DNA from: Catajapyx aquilonaris
Taxonomy: Eukaryota
Length of the DNA stretch: 45,345 bases
Direction: 5' to 3'
Assembly (NCBI GenBank): GCA_000934665.2
Contig: JYFJ02003182.1
Coordinates: 1 to 45,345 of the forward strand
In this document: positions 35,461 to 45,345 of the stretch, one piece after another
Layout of the letters: the number at the start of each line of letters is the position of its first letter
How positions within the stretch are numbered: position 1 is the first letter of the stretch
Translations under genes and position numbers: made by a program
Notes under the pieces: generated by a model
Databases searched by the model: none
The model's input: only the letters and a program-made list of their open reading frames with translations
What the model was told of the DNA's origin: nothing

Positions 35461-38400
35461 GGACCAAATCGGGTCTTTTCTTCTGAGGGGGGGGGGGTCA
35501 TTATAGATATGTCATTGGGTTGGCAGATGTCAGCTGGATTTCTAGCCAATAAATCAGGAATGCACCAAAAGTAGCTATATTCGAGTTATTACGCGCATAT
35601 CAAGATGACAGGAAAATGTAAAGGTATGAAGACAGATTTTATATGTGTACGAAATGTCAATTAAGAAACAGGAAATGAATAAAATCTTGGACCGTTTTCT
35701 GGCAGAATAATATAAGTTGAAAATACAGAGGATCTGGAAAATAATATTAGAACATCAAGTCACCATGAAATCAGTGATGAAGTAAAATGGGGGTATGGGG
35801 GATATTGATCATGTTTTATGCCCATTTCAAAAACAATTTTACTTAATGTTGTCGCATGGTTCATGACTAGAAAATAATAGGCTAACCTTGTCGTACGCGA
35901 CAGGGAGGAATGGATGTCAGTACGCGTACGAACCCGATGATTCACAGTGATCGAACTCTAGTGTCGCATAAGTGCTGTGGCCAACGTGTAGAATGACACA
36001 CTGCCACACTGGTATCAGGTTAAAATCAATGGCAATGCACAGTAGCATCATCTCGCGTACCTTAGTCTATATTTTAATCTTCCGGGCTTGCTTCCAGTAT
36101 CTTTTAGACCTTATATAGTGTTTTTATTTTGGTCTATTTGGCGACAGTTAAGACTGGCTAGAACTGTCGTTTTCAGCCCGATGTCTTTTCCACATCCAAT
36201 TTTTGCAATTAATTTTATGCCAATTCTTGAGGACAGAAAAAGGCAGTGGGGGTATCGGGGAAGAGGGTGAGCGACAATTTATTACTTCCAGGCCCTGCTG
36301 GCTCTTTTCCTCTTATAGCAATACCAACTGTTTCACTGCAAATTGTCTCATAAAAGTAGTAATGTCACGATCAACAAAATGTAATAAGTGAAAGAGTGAT
36401 CAAGGTCAAAATGTTGAATAAAGGTATTCGAAATCATCGCCGTCAGTGTCATTTCCACTCCAACTGTTGATTGATTGGAAGATACTGCCCCTGTCACTTT
36501 CCCACCTCCATATATGTACCTCGTTTCTATTCATAGGGCGTGGTAGCACATATAAAGATGTACATGGCACGCACCGTTGTCCTCCTTCGCAAGTTTTTTT
36601 TCCCTCTCTCTCTCTATCAGAAACGCAGAACAATCAGAGTCATAATGGAATGATTACGAGATGCGAGGGTTTCAAGTTACCTGATTGCATGATCCCTTCT
36701 TAAATAATTTAAAACAATTTTTAGGCATTTCTTTAAGGTGTAATTTCTCTAGCCCACATCTGACTATAGACCATCAAAAAGGACGGATCAAGAGTGCAAT
36801 TTCCCAATAACTAATCTAGTGCAAAATGTGACTCTGACTATCTTAATTTGTAACATTTTAATATTTTGCTGCCCGCATAATAGTTTGTAATTATTACAAA
36901 CTTGCTTCCCACGCAGAAGCAGAACATTTTAATGAAAGGATCATAGAAATCATCAATATTGCTATAGGGTCTTAGTATGAACGGTTACGTATACGTCATC
37001 ACTGAATCAATCGTATTGCTGTTGCAATGCACAAGATGCTTATGTCTGCTATCATGGCTCATGTCACTTACGCACGAGAGACGTGACACTTGTGCGGCAG
37101 TTATTATCGTGTTCAATAAAACTGGTAATTTGTCAAAAGATAAACATTAACCATCGGTTATTATATTACTTTCATCGCATAAATCCTCCGTTGACAGAAT
37201 AAACACGCAAACAGTCTTTCAACGTCTAAAAATAGCGTTCTTGATCAGCCTGAACGGCAATAATTAGATAATTAATGCTTCACGCCTATAAATCATAGGC
37301 CTATCCAGATTCCAGACACCCAGATCGGTTTGAATCTTACATTACAAAGTTATACATATGGTGTGGCCATCGCTGAGAATTCCTTCCACGCACGTACATG
37401 ACATGTCCCATTGTGCATAAATTAGGCTCAGAAGACTGTGACACGACGTTGTCATACGCACGAGAGAGAAAGTTACAAATGACGTGACGGAGAAAATCAA
37501 TCATGTGGTTCCGGACGTGATCATATACCGTCCGCTTGTTTGCAACATCAGTTTCCACCGGGTGTGGCCAATTTTTCGGATTGGGATTTGACGCGGGAAA
37601 GCATTTCGTACCACGGGTCCTCCCGACAATGGGAGCAGGGTGTACGCCTTGTTCCTGTGTGTCATTACAACTCGGATGCAGCAGTTTGTTGTCGTCTACG
37701 GTCGGTGAGTGACCTGTGCCGTTTTCGCTCTCCACCTGCATGCTGAGTGCACTTTCTCATTGTTATACATTGCCACGGGCTAATAGGGTCTATCAAGGTA
37801 ATTGTGAGATTTCTATTTATAGTAATCACGATTCTCTGCATTTCGATTACTCATTTTTGAAAGTCGGTCAACACACGGGGACAAAAAAAAGAAGAGCGTG
37901 ACAAAATTATTAACCCCTAAAGATGAATTGGCAATAACCGGACACTAGAGACAGAGTACCGTTGAAGATGATTCTTCATTTCTGACATCATCCGCTGTAG
38001 TGACAGTTATTCCCCGTGGTAATTTTGCGGAGTCTGGCGACAAGTAACACCTCAATAATTAGTAATTAGTAACCCATCATAATTAGTAGCCTCACTTTAT
38101 GTTTCATTTGAACACAACAAGTAATTGTGCCTTCGTACACTTCATTAATGAATAGATTCTGTCGTCCAGTGCTTTTACTGTGTCTGATTCAGTTTTAATT
38201 AGAATTTTTTTCCATTGCATGAACTGTGAAGGCAGCATAAGTACTTGTCATACACAACATAACCTGCGTGCTTATCGGTTACAGGAGAAGTCTTGCTGGA
38301 ATATGATACACACTCATGCATTTTCTTACGAAATTCGGAATTTCATCTTGTCTTGTACAACTGCATAAATTCTCTTGTTATCAGATTTGCCAGGACTGAG

Positions 38401-38730
38401 AATGATGGAGAACTGTTTAAACTGTGTCGTAATGTGTTACAAGTCTGCGAACTAAACTTGAAGACCCCGTGAGAACAAAGTTACGAATTTTCACATCATT
38501 TGTTTGTAAGACTATGTGCTTACAGACCCAGGCATTCAGTTTTTAAACAGTGGCCGATAGGAGTATATGTCTTTCGGATAGTTCTGACTGTAGTTTCAAT
38601 GTGCTGTTGCCTGGTATTACAAGCATGGATTAATGGGTGTTAGTTTCGTGACGTCCTTTTCATTAATATAGTCTTCTGTTTAAGATATAGCTCTCTGATG
38701 TGAAAAGCGCAAGATATAATTGATATTACT

Positions 38731-38914
38731 TTATCAATTACACGAGCTAAGGTAAGTGCAAATTAATTTCATGTTTACAATATCTCAGGAGATAAACATA
38801 TCTACTCGATTTAAGTTATGATAATTATCAGATCTTTGTTATCCTTTTGTGACCTATATCATTGCCGAAAATCATAAAGTGTGAAAATGCTATCAGAGGT
38901 AGTCTCCTTTATCA
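38731..38914. promoter_or_regulatory. GATA-site cluster upstream of the oxygenase-like genes
   Basis: Six WGATAR matches in 184 bp, starting at 38731, 38790, 38819, 38825, 38890 and 38909; strong donor AAG|GTAAGT at 38752 that could pair with the acceptor at 39724. Confidence 0.45.
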
Positions 38915-39746
38915 GTCATGTAACTTATTAGGACTCAAAGAAAACACATTAATTCACGCTCTAGTCTAGGTTCAAGTTGCACCTGTTAAATCATGTGTCA
39001 GTTGCAATTCATATGATGACAGAACAAATGCCTGTGTTTAAACTACTAATATTTAGATGCCAGTAACTGAAAGTTGAGGAATGCATTATGCCTTATGGGA
39101 TGATTTTTTTTCCAGGCATGTGTCTAGGCTAGGGGGATTATTTTATCTCTCAGTCATTTGGCCAATTGGCCCTATCAAAAAGTACCGTTCCAGGATTCTA
39201 CTAAACAATGCCTAACCCAGTTTTGATCAAACTGTGCATCTGACTGCTCTGAATTCCAAGTTTAGTCTTCAACGGAATTTTACGACTCCGGTAACTTCCA
39301 TGTTTCTCACATAATATACTCGTAAGACGCGAGACACTGATTTTGTATTCTGAAGGCCACTGGTGGCCTTAACATTCAAATTCGTGCTCGCTCTTTTTCC
39401 GCTCTAACAAGTGTGACTACAGCACATGGCGTAGTTAATTATCTCAAAACGTAGTCTTTGGAGACAGTTATCTAAATTATGTTGTGTCTTGCTGTCCATG
39501 AAGGAAAAAAGACCGTGGGATAGGTTCCCGACCACCCCCACTGGCCTAGGCAGTTCTTCCACTTTTTACCGTAACTATCGTGGAAAACTTGCGATTTTAC
39601 TGACTTTTTGCAATGAAAAAGCAATAAGAATGTGCAATAATGATCCATGTTACTAGAAACCTCGCCGTATACATAACCTGTTTGTTTATGTAAATATATC
39701 TACTTTTCGTTTACTTCTTTTTAGCTGAGCCTTCAAGAGTATCAAG

Positions 39747-40057
39747 ATGGCTCCAAACTGCAAAGTTCCATCGGAAGAAATTGAAAAGATGCCCGCCTCT
39801 TACCGAAAGTTCATGGAAGGGGCTAATGTGCCGGCCCACGTCGGAAAATCCTTGGATAAACCTCCCGAATGGCTAGACAAAGAAAAATTCGCTCGGGGGA
39901 AAGAGTTCTCCAAAAAATACTTTCTGTCTATTGTATTATCACATCTGATGACTCACGTGTTTCTCTTTGCATGGCGACCTGCTTTCCGCCTTTTTATCTT
40001 CAAGGGAAAAACTGAGACGTACAAAAGGCAAAGACAACGAAATGTTCGAATGTTTAA
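39747..40057 (+). CDS. MpaB'/rubber-oxygenase-like (DUF2236) protein, paralogue A, coding exon 1 (367 aa in total)
   Basis: ATG at 39747, preceded by a 5'-UTR acceptor TTTTTAG at 39724; family N-terminal motif PEWLDKEKFARGKEF; donor AA|GTATGT at 40058 (phase 2). Confidence 0.88.
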
Positions 40058-40343
40058 GTATGTGACGACTCATCATCACAAGCTTTCAGTTTTGTTGAAG
40101 CAAATTACCTGGTCATTTCGTAATGCGGTGTCAAGGAGAATCGCAAAAATTATAAACTGTGGTGCAAATTTGGCGAACTTCCTTTTGCACACGTTGGTTA
40201 TTTCATCCTCAACCTCCAGCATTGCATGTATCACCTGACAGGCGTGACAAAACCGCCACTGTTTCAAACAACCTGCCGTTACGAATCGACCAGATGATAT
40301 TTCCCCACATGTTCCATGATATTCACCTCAGATTTCATTCCAG

Positions 40344-41136
40344 ATATCTACTCTCTTGGTACGAGGGTGACATTTGGGACCCTTCCAGCGATGCCCATCG
40401 CAACATGAAAATTGTGCATCTCCTCCACGAGCGAGCTGGCACTCTCGGAAAACTAAAGGAATCAGAAGTGAACCAAGCCGAGTTGGACATGACCCTGGAG
40501 CCGGAAGTGACTCCTCAGTGCCGTCTCTGGCCTTGGATCAGAGAAGATATGAAACTCCCTGAGAACAACTCCCGCGCGACGGAAGTTCCTCCTTGGGTGG
40601 CTCCATCTGAGAGGTGCAATTTCAGCCAAATGGACTCCTCCATTGCTATCCTCACCACCATCGCGCCCGTGTTGATCAGGCCAGACACGATCGGTATCCA
40701 TGATGCCACAAGGGAAGATTTTGAAGGGTTGATTCATTTGTGGAGAGTTATTGCTTACTACTCGGGCGTGGAGGACCGATTCAATCCTTGCTCTGGAACA
40801 GTGGAGGAAGTGAGGCAGTACTCGTGGGATGTGGTCTATGGGCTGTTTTATCCGTGTCTACAAAACTTTTTACCGGAAGACGAGTACTATGCAAGGGTTT
40901 CGTTCGACAGTATTCCTAAACAAACGTTATTCTCGTTCATCACTTTTGATTGCTACCTGTTGCTTATATGCAAGACACTTGAATTGAACCTGCCTAATGC
41001 GTTTAAGTGCATATCCTGGCGTGACAAGTTCGTCTACTGGCTATTTGAATTGACCAAGCTTATGGCTCACGTACCATTCCTGTTGAGATTCTTGAACAAC
41101 TTGTTTAGAAGTGTGTTGCAAAAGGTGGAGTATTGA
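40344..41136 (+). CDS. MpaB'/rubber-oxygenase-like (DUF2236) protein, paralogue A, coding exon 2
   Basis: Acceptor TTTCATTCCAG|A; motifs YLLSWYEGD, IVHLLH, FSQMD, GIHDATREDFEGLIHLWRVIAYYSGVEDRFNPC; hydrophobic C-terminus; TGA at 41134-41136; 311+793 = 1104 nt; AATAAA at 41955. Confidence 0.88.
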
Positions 41137-42493
41137 TTGGTATTTATAGGCAGCAAGGCAGAAGCTTTCTTTAGAAAGCATATCCAGCGTATAGAAGTTG
41201 TGGTACAGGTTATACCGCCCGTAACTTTGTGCTAACTGACCATATGTGATCCATCACATTTAGCTTTTAAACTCTTGAATTCATTGACATTAGTCAGTGC
41301 AATTATACTCTCGTACACTAGGTGGTCCCAAATTTAATTACATTGCCATATTTTGTGAAACGGACTTTTCACGTAAATCAAAGCATGTGAAACTCTGCTA
41401 TTTTGACAACTTCACGCTTATCTGTGCCTATTACATCTTACGTGCTGATTTAGAGGCATGGATCTTCCCTCAAGTCAGTGCATTTTATGCAATAATTTTG
41501 ATTCTGAAAAACAAATGCAGCACATCATCATCAACCGTGCGACTGCGCCGCACATAACTTTGTATACCTATATTATGTATGATCTATAGTATTCTGCATA
41601 ATTATTATGCATCATAAATTGTATACATATAAATATAGGCCTATAAGAGAGTTGATATGTCTGATATTACAAAAGCCGGCTCATTAACAAGCCTTCTGAA
41701 TATGTGCTAAATTTTTTAACTTTTAAGAATTACTGTGTGGGCATACGTATTTTATAGATAAATAGTATAACTAATGAGATATGTACCGTACTGTATCGGA
41801 GTGTTGGCAGTCAAAAGAACTGCATGATTGTGTCAATTATTATCTGTACATTGTGTTCCTGTGCAATTCGGATCTATTCTTATGGGCACGAATCTATTAG
41901 TGCAATATTTCATGTACTATAATATTATACTCATCTCACAGATTTACATCGTGGAATAAAAAAGAGCTGAGTACACTCTTCAATTTTTGACTCATCTGTT
42001 GTTTTAGTGAATGACATTTTCATTAAAACTATCCCTCTTTACTGTATATAATCCACCTAATTTAAGTTATATAACATTACGCCCATTATCGAAAGTATGA
42101 CCTATAAACGTCCGATGTTATGACTCGAACTCCTTACCCACACCATGGGGCAAACAATCATTCCCCTTCACTTACACAGTACAATATATTGTTACCTCAA
42201 TGCTCTTATATTAGTTCAAGACACTGTAATGCTTTGAAGGCAGTATACACAACATGATGGCACCACAGATTTGCGAAGGGGCACTCAGAACACGGAAAGG
42301 GAAATTATAAGTTTCGTGGTCAAGCTACTTCTGGTCCACATTCAGAATCTTGACGGGAGCCCTTTCGAGTCCAATAACAAAGAGAGGCCACACAAAAAAA
42401 AGTGAAAGCCGATCCTAAGAAAAGCTGGGCATGCCTAATCACAATACCACTGTCAGATGTTTTTTTTTCATCCGAACTTTTTTGTGCCCGGTC

Positions 42494-42537
42494 TATATAT
42501 ATAGCATGCAAGTAAAAGTGGTTAAGGATGGTTAGTC
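42494..42537 (+). promoter_or_regulatory. candidate TATA box + Initiator of paralogue B
   Basis: TATATATATA at 42494-42503 and TTAGTC at 42532-42537, just before the ATG at 42551. The alternative reading is that CAG at 42547-42549 is a 5'-UTR splice acceptor. Confidence 0.4.
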
Positions 42538-42550
42538 TTTGCCGGACAGG

Positions 42551-42858
42551 ATGGAATCAAGTCACACGCCTGTCGAGCAGCTGCCCTCCTTGCCTAAGTC
42601 GTACCGCAAATACTTAGACGGAGCGCATGTTCCGGCTCACCAAGGGAAGTCACTGCGAGATCCTCCGGAATGGCTGGACAGAGAGAAATTCGCGCGAGGA
42701 CAGGAATTCTCCAAAAAGTTCTTCTTGCCCATGATTCTGGGGCATTTCATTCCTCACGTGTTCCTCTTCTCCTGGAGACCAGCCTTTCGTGTGTTTGTCC
42801 ACCTACGGAAGACGAACAGCGTTGAAGTGCAGTGGGACAGAAACCTTCGCATGTACAG
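42551..42858 (+). CDS. MpaB'/rubber-oxygenase-like (DUF2236) protein, paralogue B, coding exon 1 (363 aa in total)
   Basis: MESSHTP...SYRKYLDGAHVPAHQGKSLRDPPEWLDREKFARGQEFSKKF aligns with paralogue A; donor AG|GTCAGT at 42859, same position and phase as in A. Confidence 0.88.
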
Positions 42859-43816
42859 GTCAGTGTCGCATTATTCAACAGGCAGGCTAATTTGTGTGTA
42901 GATTGCCATAGATGCAGGAAATATCACGTGAGTCCCGCTCTGCTGTACGTCCATTGATACGTTTCATGCGACGACAATTATTTCCTTACACTGTCATTTC
43001 ATTGCTCTCAAATGATGTTAGCATGTCGTGATGAATTAGGAAATAATAACGGAAAGTTGAGAGAAAGGGTATATACTGGAAAGTTCTCAAAAGTATTCAC
43101 CAATGTCATTGGTCATTGTTTGAATTTACATGACGACATCCTTGATAAACAGGTGACTTGCAGTTGTATACCGTAAATCTGATATAGAATGGAGTCTCGC
43201 TTGTTGTGTGCCAATGTAATAGCTGCACCGCCCGAAGGTCCACATTATTCCAAAATGCAGCAATTTGAATACGCACTTGATTGCATTACCAGACCAATAA
43301 TACAACGGAAAAGCAGAATATGGAGAATCGAGTTACAAATTCATAGAGACTTTTCAACGGCACTTTTACTCAGGTTTGGAATTGACAATGCGACAAGCTC
43401 AAATCCCCGTCCCTATATACCTATTATCTCCACTAGGGTACTACAGTAGGTTCAATTGGGTACCGTATATGGAGAGACAAATATCTGCACGCAAAAAATT
43501 TTAGTCGCATAAAATTTTGATCGAAGTATATAGGGTCCTCCACGCATACAATATATGCACTATCTATTGTTAGAGCAGTTCACTCAATAGCCTACCTCTA
43601 TATACATAATATTCCACGAGTATATTTATTGCTGTTTAATTCATGTTCGGCCCGATTAAATTGTTAATTTTCCAAGTACAAATGCCACATTCATTTAATG
43701 CCTCTGCACCCTTGCTAATTGTGTGCATGATTAGTACTGCATAGTGCTTGTCATGCACACAACACTGCACGCGTTTGAAACATGACGATCACCACAGTAA
43801 TAATTTATAATTGCAG

Positions 43817-44600
43817 ATACGTCAGCTCTTGGTATGAGGGGGATTTTTGGGACAGCACGAACCCGGCCCATCGTACCATGAAGAGTGTCCAGTACCTCCA
43901 CGAACGGGCCTGGTCTCGAAGCCAGGACAGGGCAGTGCTGGACTCGGCCAAGGTGGACACTTCGGTGGAACCCGCTGTGTACGAGCAGTGCACCATGTGG
44001 CACGAGCTTCACAAGGACATGGCCCTTCCGGAAAACAAGAACTCTCTACCGCCTTTGGTGTCGCCCTCGGACAGTCCCGTCTTCAGCCAGATGGACTCTG
44101 CCGTGTCCATTCTGGCCACACTCGCACCCATCCTGGTCAACTCGAACAAGATGGGCATCCACAATGGGTCCAAGGAGGATTACGAGGGACTGGTGCATCT
44201 GTGGAGGGTCGTGGCCTACTACGCCGGGATAGAAGACAGGTTCAATCCTTGCGTTGGAACATTGGACGAAATCAAGGCTGCTTCGTGGGAGCTCATCTAC
44301 GGCATGTTCCATCCCATGCTAAAAAATATGACAGCAGCGGACGAGTACTACGCTCGAGTGTCATTCGGTAGCTTCATGCAGAAAACCGCGTTTTGGTACT
44401 TCTCATTTAATTGCTACCTGCTAATGATCGGTAGGGGGCTGGGAGTCAAAATGAATCATGTGTACAAAGCTATGCCTTTTTATGAAAAAATTGTATACGG
44501 GGTAATTGTTCTGTTTACGACATACATAATGCGATCAACTGTTGTTGTGGCCATTCTGAATTATTTTTTCCGGAGAAACCTGAGAGATGTTAAGAAATAA
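43817..44600 (+). CDS. MpaB'/rubber-oxygenase-like (DUF2236) protein, paralogue B, coding exon 2
   Basis: Acceptor TTGCAG|A; motifs YVSSWYEGD, SVQYLH, FSQMD, GIHNGSKEDYEGLVHLWRVVAYYAGIEDRFNPC; C-terminal hydrophobic helix; TAA at 44598-44600; 308+784 = 1092 nt. Confidence 0.88.
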
Positions 44601-45345
44601 AGGCAATAATGACAGAGTGATGGACGAGAAAAAATGTTTTGCACTAATGTTTTAGTTAATAATTAAGCAAATAATCTAAACTGTAATTTGACTGATGAGA
44701 AAAATAGTCATGGTTAACTACTCTATGGCAAATAATGACCTGCTTCCACTCGTATTATTAAGCACGTGGGACGTAACTGCCTCTTTTCACACTACTAACA
44801 CTTTTCACATCCCCTATACCTGCCTATACTTGTTCAGAGTGCATATTTAGCAATTATTTTTCAGGTTGTTTAAAAGTCCCATACTAGACCATTAGTCATT
44901 AGTTTAGCATAGCTTGTTTCCTAACAGTATACTGGCCAACGGATAGTTATAGACCAGAGTCGTGATGCTGAAAATCATCACGAAAAATAGGATATTATTT
45001 TCTCTTTTTGCTCATGATTTTTTTTATCTCTTATTATATTTATCCCTTATAAAAGGGATTTGTTACAGAATTGCCTACATATGTTTTCCTTTGGAATATT
45101 ATAGGTCTGATTAAAATGAGTGATTGCAGTAGTCATTAGGAGTTTTTATTTATTGTAAATTAAATAAAGCAATAAAAACAAGATGGTAAACTTTAAAAAG
45201 CACTCGAGTATTATTATTGCACATGATGGCACAGTCGTGTATAGAGTAATCCCACCAAAAACCTTTCTGTAAAAAAAAGGCCAAGTTCTCCTGACTGCTT
45301 GGCCGTCAAAAGTGGTGAGATATGAAATACGGCCAAGTTCAACGT

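Noticed and set aside
39353..39370. AAGGCCAC-TG-GTGGCCTT hairpin
   Set aside because: An 8-bp stem is expected by chance in 45 kb; no TSD, CTRR end or second copy seen.
6600..39700. Dozens of 60-170 aa ORFs in intron 1 and the upstream region (e.g. 28663-29175, 30736-31200, 15936-16379)
   Set aside because: Low-complexity translations of homopolymer and purine tracts, often with non-ATG starts, with no recognisable domains or exon chains; the only exception is the 3' end of 12502-12771, which is nkd exon 1.
40058..40343. Overlapping ORFs 39747-40238 and 40159-41136 as two genes or a frameshifted pseudogene
   Set aside because: A GT-AG intron at 40058-40343 joins them in frame, at the same position as the intron in paralogue B.
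43847..44371. 174-aa and 115-aa alternative-frame ORFs inside paralogue B exon 2
   Set aside because: By-products of GC-rich third codon positions; no equivalent long ORF is kept in paralogue A.
45279..45345. GGCCAAGTTC direct repeat with an inverted CTTGGCC at the window edge
   Set aside because: May be the start of another element, but it is truncated by the window end and cannot be classified.

Overview
AT-rich, intron-containing animal genomic DNA, most likely from an arthropod; nothing prokaryotic is visible. The left part holds a complete five-coding-exon naked cuticle (nkd) gene on the minus strand: join(12579-12516, 6360-6203, 6123-6016, 5656-5109, 4558-3790), 1647 nt, 548 aa, all introns GT-AG and phase-compatible, with a probable ~1.9 kb 3' UTR. 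About 27 kb upstream (12.6-39.7 kb) has no credible coding sequence and contains three TCF HMG + Helper site pairs and a possible distal promoter/non-coding exon near 35.1-35.5 kb. The right end holds two tandem, two-exon, plus-strand paralogues (367 and 363 aa) of the MpaB'/rubber-oxygenase-like (DUF2236) heme-protein family. Mobile DNA includes two near-identical 332-bp non-autonomous elements with 8-bp target-site duplications (TSDs) in inverted orientation on either side of the nkd CDS, a 76-bp palindromic element in the last nkd intron, and Helitron-, piggyBac- and Tc1-like remnants. The best leads are: (i) this Nkd appears to carry both the insect-type and the vertebrate-type '30-aa' motifs; (ii) the oxygenase-like pair has a remodelled active-site signature; (iii) a recently mobile 8-bp-TSD element has barely matching termini. 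Family assignments rest on recalled motifs, not on database searches.
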